This document shows, one piece after another, positions 26,001-39,476 of a stretch of 64,000 bases of DNA (positions within the stretch are counted from its first letter, which is position 1; each line of letters opens with the position of its first letter). The DNA lies in assembly GCA_904063045.1 (NCBI GenBank), contig CAJFCJ010000004.1, positions 1,171,713-1,235,712 of the forward strand, in the 5' to 3' direction. The notes below the pieces were generated by a model, which did not search any database, was not told where the DNA came from, and saw only the letters and a program-made list of their open reading frames with translations. The position numbers and the translations under genes are program-made. The DNA comes from Dimorphilus gyrociliatus. Taxonomy: Eukaryota; Animalia; Annelida.

Positions 26001-29000
26001 AACATTTTCAAACATTTAGAAACGTTTCAACACCAAAAAGAAAACAAAGTTGATATAAGAAAAGCCAGACTTTTTGGAATAAGAGAGAAACTACTCCTTT
26101 TTATTTCTATAAACATAAGCCAAACAGTCTTTTTATTTATGTTTTTTAATAGAAATAAATGATCCCATTTTCTAAACTATAAAATAAACTTTCGGCGAAG
26201 ATTATCATAAAAAATTTGTCTTAAAAAATTTGGATGTTTTCTATTAGAGCGATAAAAGAACTATTAATAATTTTTTTTATCAACCTGGTTTAGTTGGATT
26301 TAGACTAAATATATTGTTATTTATGTAACAGAAAATAATCATTTCATAGCGAATATGGAAGATTATATCGAAATGAATTTTATTATATTACAGATAAAAG
26401 AATAAACACTGTGATTAAAGAATTTAGTTTGTAACATTTCTACCGCAGTTAGCCTAATTTTTCATTTTGAGAATGTTCTGTATAATATCATTCATTAATG
26501 AGTCACTTATCTTAATCACGCCTTCACCAGACAACTACCCTAGATGATGTAACGAAGCAAACTGCTCTTTGAAAGTGTGAATCATTATAGCTAAGAGAGA
26601 AATTCGAAAAAGGATATACTGTTGATCTAAGTAATAAAATTACAGTTGAAAACTCCCTGGATTCTTCCTTAGTAGATGAAAATCTAAACAAAAAATTGTA
26701 ACAGTTTCTTTAAATAACAAGGGTCTTGACCAGATATAAACTAAAGACTGTTTATACACCAGAAGATCATTCTGAGAGTTAAAGATAACATGCAGCTCTT
26801 CTTAGTCATTGAACTAACCGTTAGGAAGAATAGTATAAAGTTTTGAAAAAAAGAAATTTTTTCCCCCTTTCCCTCTACCTCTCTCAACCCTTTTCCGCCC
26901 ATCTAGTAATCTCTCCTTCTCCTAACCCATTCTCTGCTATTAATACACTTATTTCTAAGTACAATCTGAATAAATAAACTTTACGAATATCTTCATCTAT
27001 ACTATTTTATTTTGATTTTTTCCCTCTTTAAACGATTATATTAGTACAAGGAAACCTTATTTATTGAAAGAGTAGTAATTTCTTAGTAAAATATAATAAA
27101 ATGGAAAAATTCTTCTGAAAAAAAAGCGGAGATTTTCAATTATCTAAAGGAAATGAGGCAGTTCGATAAAAAATTTGGGAAGAATCTAAAGAGTTTGTCT
27201 TCTTTCATAGACCATTTTTAGAACATTGCCTTAAAGAAAATCGAATCATACATAAGATTTTATAAGAAAGATAGACAAGTTGATATTTCAATTTCGTAAT
27301 AAATTATATTCTTTGTATATTTCGGTATAACAATTATAATTATTATAAAGGTATATCATTTTTATATATAGCTTTATATATTTCTTTAAACATGTATAAA
27401 TAATATAAATGTAATAACAGTTGAACGTTTTGTTTGTTTATATGAATAGAAAAGATTTTCATTAACAATGTACAATATATTTTTTAATGCATATTCTGAC
27501 AAAAATTAAATGTATGTAGCCTCTTTTTTCGCTCTCTCACTCTTTTAAAAAAATATCTAACGACATTAAATTTTCCCAGTCATAAAGATAAATGTCTTCT
27601 TTCTTGTTATCAGTTTTCTTATTTTTCTTCTTTGAATTTGTCTATAAAAAAAAACATACTATCTTCCATGACTAATCTACCATCGCTCCATATTTGGAAA
27701 GACTTTGGGAAGATATGTGCAGTTGGAATGTCTGCAGGGGCTGAAAGGTGAAATTCATGAGTCAAAAGCATTTATACATAAGATTGAGATGGCACTACAG
27801 GGATGTTAAGAGAGGGTTCACAGATGGCGCTTTCGTTTTCAAAAAAAAGTAACAGATAAGAAAAAAGGAACTAAAAAATTTATTAGAGGAAGGAAAGCTG
27901 TTTCTAATTCGTTTATCAGGAAACACGGACGCATTAAGGCGAAACCATGCTTGATCTACCTAGCATGAAGATGACCTAAACCTTAAAGGCGAGCGGATTA
28001 GAACCCTAATCCAAACGATTTATCCAAAAAAATGACCTATAATCTTCGTATAAAGTTTACATAAGCGTAATTATAGCTGTTGCCGGACTGACATCATTTC
28101 TAGATCATAATAATTTTCCATTGAGTTATTATAAATCTATCTTGATATATTTATAAAACATTTGTATAATATTTACTAAAAATAAATAACTATAACTATC
28201 AAAAATAATTGCTTAAAATTAATTAAGTTGAACATAGTTTCTTGAGTGATTTCTGCTAATTTACTCTTAGTTTATAAAAGAAAAACTAACCATACTAAAA
28301 GATGGGAAAACTTATCAGTAGGTAGAAGCAGTTGATCTGATATTTCTAGGAATTTAACCATCTTCTTTTGAGAATACACCTGAGGTCACTTGCCCCCAGT
28401 GAAACGTCATGTAAAATGAATAATGAAATGATTAACGAGGTAAGAAAGAGCTGTCTTATTGAATAAAATACCATTCAGATACGCAAAACTAGCTTATCTA
28501 CCGAGAAATGGATAGTTTTTCCCAATGTCTGCAACTGATAAGGCAAATAAGGTTTTAGTGTTGATTTCAGAAGTTTTTGCTACGATAAAGCATTGCAAAT
28601 TTGTATATAATAAAATAAAAGTTTGTTCGTCAAACAAATAACTTGACCTTAAAACAACTTAGACAATAATTTACTTTTACTAATAGAACTTGCCTGTGTA
28701 AGCAAATTGCAAATACCTACAGCAGAAATGTACTTATTATGCTTTGTACTGTTTTCTGGGTCAGACGATCTGGAATCGTTTGCAGTTTTTGTATTTTAGA
28801 AAAGCGTTTTATGATGCCGTTAGAAGATTTCCGTGTGAAAAAAAAACTTTGATTCTTAGTATCGATAGTGAGAAAAATTTCTGAGATTCTATCTGAAATT
28901 TTAGACGGATTTTGTAAAACTTTGCTAAAAGTTCCTTGAAATTCTATTATATATAAATACACTAATAGCTTTAATATATTCATAATTATGCTAATTTCCA

Positions 29001-29495
29001 TATTATAGCTATATAAATAATTTATAATTTATTCTATTATTCTATTAACTTTCTATTACTTGTATATATTTCTTTACATTGTTTATACTTCTCCTTTTCC
29101 TATATTATCGTTCTCATTATTTCTATTTTCTAATATGTTTTTATTATTTCTTTTATATTATTTCTTTTGTTCAGTCTCGCTATTATTTCTTCTATCATAA
29201 TATTAACAACAGCATCAATAACAAACGCAACAACGATTGCTATTATCACTATGTCTGCTATCTCATATGAATTTCTTATTATTTATAGATAAAAATTGAA
29301 TGATAAATTATTTAATTAATGTTAATTTATGACCTTTTAATGATGATATAAGAATACATAAAAGTGAAAAAACTCTTGATTAAGGTGAATAGAATATTAC
29401 GGATTTGTTTTTAGTTGTCTTGATAATATAAATACCTAAATTAGCTGTTAGAAATAACGTAAAAAGATTCATTATATAAATAAACAAACTTGTTT

Positions 29496-30206
29496 CTATG
29501 TTATACTGGCTGAATCGTCATATTCATCAGCTGGTCTTCCACCATGTATTGGTTTATTTTTGTAGTTATCCCAAAGTGCTGCCACGATATCAGCAACAAC
29601 CAAATCTGTTGAATTCTTTCCTACTAATTTTAATACAAATATTCCATCTTGTCTTAAATAAGTTTCTGCAAATTTATAGCTTAATTTTCTTTCTCTTTCA
29701 TTATCCCTTTGAATTTTATCCATAACTTTTAAATGTCTTCTAATATATCGAACTCTACTGTATCTCATACCAATGAAAACTAACCATCTCAGAAAACTAA
29801 CTGCAGTCGCTGTAGAAACGAAAACGAACCAAAACCACAGAAAAATGTAGATTTTTTCGTTGAAAAGATTTATGGGTAGAACGCATTGTACCGTATGCCT
29901 ATGGAAATTTCCCATTTGCCTGATTTCGAAATCACACAATGTTACACGTGGAAACCTTCTAGACGCTGTCCAATCTCGTCCATAAAATAATTCTCTAATA
30001 ATTTCAAATCCGTACAGATGATAGTCTGTTCCTAAGAAGCCGTTGAGCATGAATAACTGAGCTATTACGTTGACAAAGTATAATATTTTCGACGACATGT
30101 AAAGTGCTACTAAATAATTTCCGTATCTTTTTATAAGGTACATTGGTCAGTGATTATTTCACAAGTTACTAGATTAAATGTATAGAGTTTATATATAAAT
30201 AAACAA

Positions 30207-30238
<32 letters not shown>

Positions 30239-31436
30239 GTGTGTATCTTTAAATAAACAAGTCAATTTATTCGCTAATTAACTTTTTATGTTATCTTAAT
30301 ACCACTAATTAGATGATTTTAGTACTATCATAATACTGAAGAAAAAATTGGTCCGTTATTTACTTGTTTCATCTTTTTAAGCAGAAAAATATTACTCAAT
30401 CCTATAAAATCAGTCATGAAAGAGAGCTTTCAACATATAAAAATCCTTAGAGTTTTTTAGCTTCAGAAACTTTTGAACTCTTTTTAAATAGGTCAGTTTT
30501 GAAAAAAAAATTGAAAATGATGAATGAAAAAATGAATTGATTTATATCCTTCATATAAACAATCATACAATTTAAATTATAGAAGGAAACTTTCAATTTA
30601 ACATATAAATAAGGATAAAAGAAGAACTTGAGAAAAAGTAAGGGATTATAAAGTTTTTTGAGGAGAGAAAAGTTAAAAATTATTACAAGTTTAATATTTC
30701 AGATGAGAAAAAACAGGAAAGGATTAAATTTCTCCAACCTTTTTACTTTGGGAATAATTTTAGAGTAGCGAAATCAAAACATTTTCATTTTTAATGGGAA
30801 TTTTCAAAGTTTTAACCTTTTCAATCTCTATTAAACTTGACAAATAATCACCGACCTATTGCCGCATATCAGGCATAGATGTCTCGATAAGAAATGTTTA
30901 CAAGCAACACAACAACCTCCCCTATATTCCCTTTGGTATTCCAGGTAATGATCCAGGTGTCTTATCATATACTTTATCGTTTTATCTCTTCGTTCAGGAT
31001 AAAGAGCATTCTGTATAGTTTCGGATGACTCCACCAAATTATGAATATTAATACCTGATCGGCTACTAAATACTCTCCAGATAACGCAAGGCAGAAAGAA
31101 GAGAAATCCCTGCACTAATAAAACTATAGGAATCCATTGGTAGTAACCTATACGTTCTTTTAAGTTTCCCGTTCCAGCCATAACCCTGTCAGGAATATAA
31201 TACGTATTCGAAATCCAACAAACTTTATTGGCAAACTCCTCATGATTACTCGTAAAGTACGCAGGACACCAACAATGAATAGGATTTCCAACATATTGAG
31301 TCGTTGAGACAACAACGGTGAATATAACCAGAAATACAACTGTGTATCGATGATTTAACTTATCTATTAGGTCGTCATCGTTCCTTAAATTTGCCTTTGT
31401 AATTTTTCCAACTGTGGTGAACAAACCGTCCATCAT
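29496..31436 (-). CDS. inx: Innexin (invertebrate gap-junction protein), 403 aa
   Basis: Exons 31436-30856 and 30126-29496 joined in phase 2 (AG|A = Arg); 1212 nt. Hallmarks: DDxxDxLNxxYT, QYVGNPIHCWCP, CWISNTY, YYQWIP, FPRVTLCDF, QCVLPINLFNEKIYIFLWFW; four hydrophobic segments and two Cys pairs in extracellular loops. Paralog not assignable. Confidence 0.97.
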
Positions 31437-34400
31437 TGCTATGCATTTGAGATGTATACCGTAAGAGAGGCGGTTTGGTTTTATTTTAGCCCCAGCTAGG
31501 TGCTGGCCTATAAGTTTAGGTTTTTTGGATGTTAGCCAAAATTTTGCAGCTGTCTACTGCAAAGTGGTGCTGTTGAGCGGTTTCCGACGGGCCTTTTTCT
31601 AGGTGCAATGCGTTGGTGGGAGGTTAAAGGTTGGATTAGGGTGATTAATATGTTAAGTATACTTAAAAAGTGATCATTAGAATTGGTATTACTTTTAAAG
31701 CCGTCTGCTTAGCTTCAATGAGTTACCAAGGTGAATGACTTATGTTACCGATGCTGAAAAGTTTATAGGGAAGTTACTTGGGTGCAGTAACTCAAGAATC
31801 CATTTCCAATTTTTTTATAAACGTCATGAGAATCCTTGGGAGAAGTACACAAATGTTTACATTCCACTTTTATTCAATTACCCATTCAAAGAAAGATGCT
31901 TCAAACATATCCATTCTAATACATACAGTACAACATGTGTAAAGTTTGTATTAATCTGAAATAGGCCTAGGAAGAGAAACTAAAAAATTATTAGTTTCAA
32001 CTAAAGAAACATTTTCTTCTTTTTTAAATTAAAGAGGAAACATATGTAAAGTTCGTTGAGATTATAGGAGTATTCTGACGTAAGTTAACCTAAGCATCAA
32101 AGTAATGAAAATGAAGAACAGCTTACAATAAGTTTAGAATTTAGTAACATTGAAAAAAGTTAATAACTAGTTTATATCTGATCCAATACAAAGTATCAAA
32201 TATAAGAAAACTTATCAATTATCAATTTAGACTTAACTCAAAAAGATAGCCTAACTAAACTGTTAATTTAAAGATTTCTCACCATCTTGTACACCTTATC
32301 AAGATCAATGGAAACCTATACGTTTAGAGATAGACCTCATAAACTATATTATAAGATCTTTCACAGTCTTTAGACTTTTTATAACACTATAAACAATAAA
32401 ATTCCATTCTATAAATAGTATCCCGAAAACTTTCCATTTGTAAGTATAATCATAAAGCGTAAAAGAGTATGGTCATAACCCCTGTAAATTTGAGTTGAAT
32501 AACAGACTTGTAAGTGAAATGCTAATGAGAATAGCTTACTTTTTAAATGCCTAACGTTATATTTGATTAGTAAATTATATAAAATTTATGAGAGCATATG
32601 CAATTATCGGAATACAATAAATATTGTATAAAGGTCATCTATAGTGAGACGTTAGTTTTGATTGTAAAATGATGAATGAGATGCTTTTTGTTTCTTGATA
32701 TTACAAGTGGAATATTTATTTAATAAATTCAAAATCTCGTTCTGCCTCTTATAATAATTAATAGTCTTAGAAGTTACATTGATGTAATTGGCTCAATTCT
32801 TTAAATTTAGCATTAAACGATAATGTAGAATAAAAACTACTAAAAGGCAGGTTTAAAATACGGCGAATGTACATTCTTTTACTTCTGATATCTTTATGAG
32901 TTTCCTAAGTATCCTTCCATCTGATAAATGAAAAGGAGTAATCATTTTTTAGCTAAAACTTTCCTTGCAATTATTGTCTATTTTTTTAAGCTGATTCCAT
33001 TGGGGAATCTAGGAATTCTTGGAAAGATATGTTTTTGTGTTTATTAAAATATAAAGGAAATCATTGATTTATCCTATCACATAATTGAAAATATTAAATC
33101 AAGGTGTTGGATACAACTTAAACTAGTCTTAAATGTCAGATTATTTAATCGGAAGTGGTAAGTCAGCCTGCAGGTAAATATCACCAATTGAAGAGCTTCC
33201 GACAAAGCGAACCTTTTATTCCATCTTGTACATCACTTTGAGCTGCTTTCACGCGATTATGATAACAGATAACTACCCAAAACCGTCTGAAAAAAAACAC
33301 GCACGCCGCTTTTTCGATAGTAACCGGTGAGAACGATACAAAGTTGAGGTGATAAGGGAAAATTTTTAGTCTATTACTAAAAATCCAAGAATTTTCCCTG
33401 TAAAAGTTGATTTTTTTTTACATGAAGAACCAGGATTCCAGTCTACCGATTTCACTTTCCAGTCAGAAATAGCCAAATATTTTTCTTCGCTCCCTTTTTT
33501 CAACACTTTCAAAAATAAACTGACCACACAAAAACTACAAGGAAAAAAGAGAAAAGCTAGATTTGCTGATAGATGCTGACGATTTTTCTCTTTACTTAAA
33601 TTATTTTTTTTTAAAAAACAGAAGGAGAACTTTTTACTTTAAATGAAAAAGCTTTTTATACTAAACTAATTTTTTTCAATGGTTTAAATGAAAACATAAA
33701 AGTAAATCTGCAAACGGACTAATTTGCTTTGCAGTTCGAAACGAGTAAGCCCAATTTTATTCCGTCAATCAACGACTTGCCGAATTCTAGTAGGTTGTTT
33801 TTTTTCCCTGTTGAAGTGTTATATAATTTGAAATGTTTACTTTCCAGTCGCCTTTGAAAAAGACTTGAAAGAAAAAGAAAAGGAAATGCAATACATGATA
33901 TCTTTTCCTTTTCAGATGGGAGAAAATGTTTCATTAGCTCAAGCCGGAAAAAGGTCAAGGTATCAGCCCGACTACGTAGAAATCTTTCAGTGCAGCAAAG
34001 AAACTAAATTTCGTAATATTGCATTTGGCAATAAATATCTTCTGCAATGAATTAGGGTCTAGACGCTAAGTTTGTTGTTTATATAGGTGCGAGCTGCTTC
34101 TGAGTGTATTATTATAGTAGGCTTTAGGGTTTAAATTTTACGAAAGGTATGTAGAAAATTTTTCAAGGATCTTCCCTACTTTACACTCTCCTAAGCTTTT
34201 TAAAAAAGAAATGCAACTTTTCCTCCTAAACTTTCTAAAGTTTTAACTAAAAGAAGAACCTGTATAAATGTATTAGCGATTAGCTAAGAATTTATAAATA
34301 GTTTACAAATCTAGCAATGAGAAAATAAAGAGAAAAAATAAAACAATAATAAATTCCAGCGATTTTTCTCTACTAATAATCTATTTTTCAATTTATTAAA

Positions 34401-36571
34401 TAAACACCATAAATATATTGTTGACTTTCTGTCTAATTGAAAGAATTACCTCGAATTATATATATAAAAAGAAAACATTAGAGTCCAAGGTTTAACCTTC
34501 GATTCAAAAAAGAAATCTGGTTAACATTAAAATGGAATTTTTTTTATTTATCCAATGAAAAAAATTATTTTGAAACTTTTACATTTGTTTCTTATTTCTC
34601 TTTTTCTATGACCTTAGTAAATGTTAGTGATCGCTTTAAAAGAATAATAAAATGAAAATTTATACTACTTATAATTCTCCCTTTGAAATCGTTAAGGTTA
34701 AATTATTCCATATGAACATTTGAATACTTTTTTTATTTTTGAATGAAAGAAAAAGGTTTCTCTAATTGTTGAACCTGTCAATCAGCTTCAAATGGACCCA
34801 TTAGGCCTAAAAATAAACAAACAAAAAGCTAAACCACCAGTCGATTCAACTGTAGTGTTTGACATGAAGTTTGTAAAGTTAAAAGTGTTTTGCAGTCTGT
34901 TTATACGTGTAAGAACAGCAATAGGCTATATCCTTGTTGAGATTTCATCTTTTTCACTTTTCTCTTTCTTTTTTCACTTTTTCTTAAGATTGTTGAAAGA
35001 AAAACTAAAAGCTTTTTTATAGGAATATTTTTGGAAGGATAAAATAAATAATTATCCTTTCTTTCTTTCTTATTGTAAACATTATTTTACTATGGTCGAT
35101 GAACTTGGAAAAGCGAACTAGTTACTTAACCAAGAGTCCATTTGTTCTGATAAAGTTGAAAAATTTCAATTTGAAACCTATTAATACAATTGTAGGAGAG
35201 GAAAGCTTTCTTCTACAGCTATATATTACCTTCTTCGCTGACTTCTTTATTTTTTATACTCAATTTTTATTAATTTATTCTCCTAATTAATTTAATAAAG
35301 TATCATAGAAAAATGTATGAAAAAATTAGTATTATAAATTATTGCCAATATTTTAACTATTTCTAATTAATGTTCTAATAAAATTTATTTGATTTTTTTG
35401 AAAATATACTGTTTTAAGGTTTAGATCATTTTGTTTTATTTATATTGAGATAAAGCCAAAAGTTCTAAGCCTATTAGAAAAGTTAGTAGAAACAATATTT
35501 CAAATATTACAATAGGCTGTAATTGATGGGAAATTGAATAGTTGTTGACGCAAGGCGTATGTAAAAGTGGAATCAAGCTGCGCAAAACACCTGTGCAGAC
35601 AAGGGTGGGGCTTTTCAAAGTGTAAGTTGAGTAATTTATTATGGTCAGCGACTGTTTTACGTTCTGTTTCCTATACTCAGTGGTTTTTGTTTCAATTTAA
35701 ACAGTTTCTTTATATACCTTTTACTTCTTTAATAACTTTCATTTTGTTATTTTTTCTCCTCATTTTCTTAGTAAATTGTTATCAATTCTTGTTTTTATTT
35801 CGCTTTTATATAGTTAGGAATTCTAATTCATAGAGATACTACACTTGGCAGGAAAGTTGTTGGAGAAAAATTCACCGGAGATACTAGTGACATCTCTTGC
35901 GTAAGATAAAAATATAATTATGCAAGTTTATCTATAAAATACGTATCATGTATCATAAGAATGTCTTTTCAAGAAGATAGAAAAAAACTGAGAGGAAGCT
36001 CTTAAATACATTCTCTAAAGGGATCAGGGCCAGAAAATTTGTGGGACAAAAGGAGGTACTTAAGTCTATTTTTTAGATTACTTACATTTACTAATTGAAC
36101 AAGCTTTTTCCTATTGTGCCCGGTTTTTTTCATAAAAAGAAAGTAGAAAGGAAAGAGTTTCATATTTTTTTTCTAAAAGAATATCTATTTCAGATTTATT
36201 ATTAACTTAAATGTAACTTTAAAATTACTTTTATTATCATTAGAAAACAGTTTACATTTTCAAAAAAGCATAATTAATAAATGTTGTATTGTTTATCTGA
36301 TACTGGATATTGATCGTAGGAAAGTATCTTATCTTTCCAAGTCACGAAAAGGAATGTGAGCCAGAGACATGTTACCAGAAAGGAAAGCGTTTGGAAGGAA
36401 GGAAAGTGAACAAGATATGAAAAGGAGTAGGGAGGAGAGGGGGGGAGGGAGGCAGGGAGGAAGAGAAAGGACGTAAGATGTTAATAGTCAAGTGCAGTGA
36501 TGTGTATTTTTTTTTACAAACAAACTTTCAGTGTAGTAGTCAGAATAAATTGGACCTTTTCTTTACTTCGC

Positions 36572-39476
36572 TTAACGGCAAATAAACCTTAAGTTATTTA
36601 TAGCTCTAGTACTCTGATTATCGTAGTTTTTTGAAAAGGATATTTGAATTGCGAAAACTTCTTTATTAGCCTCACATTTGACAATGTGATAAAGGCCTAA
36701 ATCATTATCTCCGCCACAATGTGGTAGGATTTCTGTTATCATATCCGAATTAACAGACATTTTTAGTGCCTTAAGAGAATCTTCTTCGTTACACGATAAC
36801 AGTGTTGAGTTTGAAGTTTGATTAACTCCAGGCAAAAATTGCTTTATTAAATATTTTCCTGTACTTGTTAAGCACGCGATACCCATGTTGTACACAGCTT
36901 GAATAGTGTAGTTTAAATTGTTTGAAAAATTCTGTTTATGCTATTTTTCATAGAGATTATATAGGAGAAAAAAAAGTTAAAAATAAAATCTAGTCATTTA
37001 AAAAGCTATACGAACTGTAAAGATAGCCTTTAGAGTGAAATTTTTGGGGCATTCTAACCATTTAGACAAGTTTTCAGCTTTTTTATCTTGGAAAACTGAT
37101 TCTATGGGACCTTAAAAATAAAAAAGAAACTCTATTACATTGCTCTTCAGGGCGGCCGGTAAAAAAGACTGTTTACCTATTTCACAAAGACGTCCGTAAG
37201 TATTATTGTTACAAGAGCAATTGAAGCCTCCATTAGTAGGTGTACAGCGTCCATTATTTGAGCAAGGATTGGGACTACATATATCTTAAAAAAGCATATT
37301 GCTTTTATTAACATGTTAATAAAATTACTGATGTTTAATTACTCTTTTCGCATAAGTCTCCATAAAATCCTTGTAGGCAAGAGCAATTAAATTTTCCTTC
37401 CGGTTTTCTCATGCATGTTCCATTATTTTCGCATGGGTTTACGCCACAAGAATCTATCATTAAAGAAGACTATAAAAGTGTCATATAATATTACAAAATA
37501 TAAAAAATTACCATTTTTACATAATCTTCCAAAATAGCCGTCTGGGCAAGAACATTTAAATCCGATCTCATCTGACGTCCTATTACATGTTGCATTATTT
37601 TTACACGGATTTTGTTTGCAAAACTCTGTTATTTTTTGAAAAGGCTCAAATAAATTATCTATAAATAATCCTCTCGAAAAATACTGTACCATATTCGCAG
37701 TTTACTCCAAAAAATGGCTGAGGACATGTACATTTGTATCCTTTCGTAGTTTGACTACAAACTCCTCCATTTTGACACGGATTTGACTCACACTTATCTA
37801 TAAAATTACAAAATATACTAATAAATAATATCTAAACTTAAAAGTAATATTACAATATTCGCAATGTAATCCGGTGAAATCAGCCATACAGGAGCAATTA
37901 TATCCTCCTAGTCCCGGTATACAACTTCCACCATGTTGACATGGATTCGATGAACAAGAATCTTTTTACGTTTATGTTTAAAAAGGGAGGCATTTTTTTA
38001 AAATAGTGACAAATGATAAGCTTAAAATAAAACATTGTTACAGTTTTGACATCTATTTCCAACAAAACCGGGAAGGCAGTTACATGTGAAGTTTCCCCCT
38101 GGTAAACCAAGACAACTACCATTGTTGCAAGGATTGGGATTGCAGGCGTCTAAAAGACATTTTTTATTTTTCCTTTAGTAATTGACTAGAGAAAATTAAC
38201 TCCATTATCATTAATAACTCTTTTTTACCGTGGTTGCAAATCTCTCCGGAGAAACCATCGTAACATCCACATTGAAAGTGGGGATAGTCTAATCTAATGC
38301 AGTATCCACCAACTCTACTACAATTATGATTGTCGCATGCGTCTGATGAGTAAAAGAAGCTCGGTGAATGAAATTTTCTAATTTTTTAAAATTAATTAGG
38401 AATTAAGACCTAGTTCGCAACTTGAGCCAATGAAGCCTCTCGAACAATCGCATCCGTAAAGGTTAGCATTCTCTGTTGCTAATTTCTTGACACATTTTTG
38501 CCGATTATAGCAAGGACTTGGGTTACACACATCTATAAGTACAGACGGAATCTAATTTCTCTGTATTATATGAATAAATTTCATTATCAACAAAGACATA
38601 AATACTGACTATCATGGCAATTCACTCCTTTATATCCCGGTTCTATACAGGTACAATTATACTTGTAATCTTTACTTAAATCAATTTGGCAAATTCCGGA
38701 ATGTTGGCAAGGATTTGGGCTACAAGGACTTCTTTCGCAGTGATCTCCTAAAGTATAGCTGGGACATTGACAAATGAAATTTGCCCCATTTGAATCTGTT
38801 CTAACGCAGGTTCCTCCATTTAGGCAGGGTGTAGGGTTGCAGCCATCTGTAAAAGAAGAATAAGAAAGTTGATTACTTTAGTGTATTTCTGAAAATATAT
38901 ATTTTAGCTTTGTTTATTTTTTTGGTTAGCGCTTAAACCTCGTTCGCATGATCTTCCGTAGAATCCCGTTAGACAGGCACATGAGAAACCGTGAGGTAAC
39001 GAAGGTACTCTGGTACATGTTGCTCCATTCTGGCAAGGAGACGGATTACAAGGGTCATTTTGGCAATTTTCTCCTTTATAGCCAATTTTGCAATCACACT
39101 TGTAGCCGTTTTCAGAATCCACTTTCCTGCAAGTTCCACCATTTTTGCAGGGTAAGAAATCGCAGTAATCTATAAGATTTTAGAGCAAAATCATTTTCGG
39201 CCATTAATAAGTAATAGCATTAATTATACTTATATTATTCAAAGTATTTCCAACTGACAGCGATTCTAAGGCTTGAGTTTGTAAATTGTCAGGGTCAAAA
39301 GTACCAATTTTTATGCAAGCATCATAATTTTTATCACAACTGAACAAATCATTATTCGTCGATGAAACTTTTGTAAATTTAAAAAAGCTTCCAAAAGTTT
39401 TCTGATTATTAGAATATCTTACAAATAGAGAAAGAAATCCAAAAAGGATAACAAGGTATGAAAAGGTGTAATTCAT
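36572..39476 (-). CDS. Secreted multi-EGF-repeat protein (12 EGF-like domains, no transmembrane segment), about 644 aa
   Basis: Exons 39476-39230, 39169-38939, 38846-38610, 38532-38410, 38342-38229, 38149-38042, 37961-37854, 37797-37690, 37625-37512, 37453-37343, 37284-37177, 36897-36572 (sum 1935 nt); all 11 introns GT-AG phase 1. Signal-peptide-like N-terminus ([19 protein letters not shown]), repeats such as [12 protein letters not shown]...[15 protein letters not shown], and a ~108-aa Cys-containing C-terminal domain. Confidence 0.92.

Noticed and set aside
28717-29001. 94-aa minus-strand ORF downstream of innexin
   Set aside because: No motif or supported splice partners; probably 3' UTR or intergenic.
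36572-39476. Notch, Delta/Serrate or Crumbs identity for the EGF protein
   Set aside because: No DSL, LNR, ankyrin, laminin-G or transmembrane segment in the model; it ends with a stop after a soluble domain.
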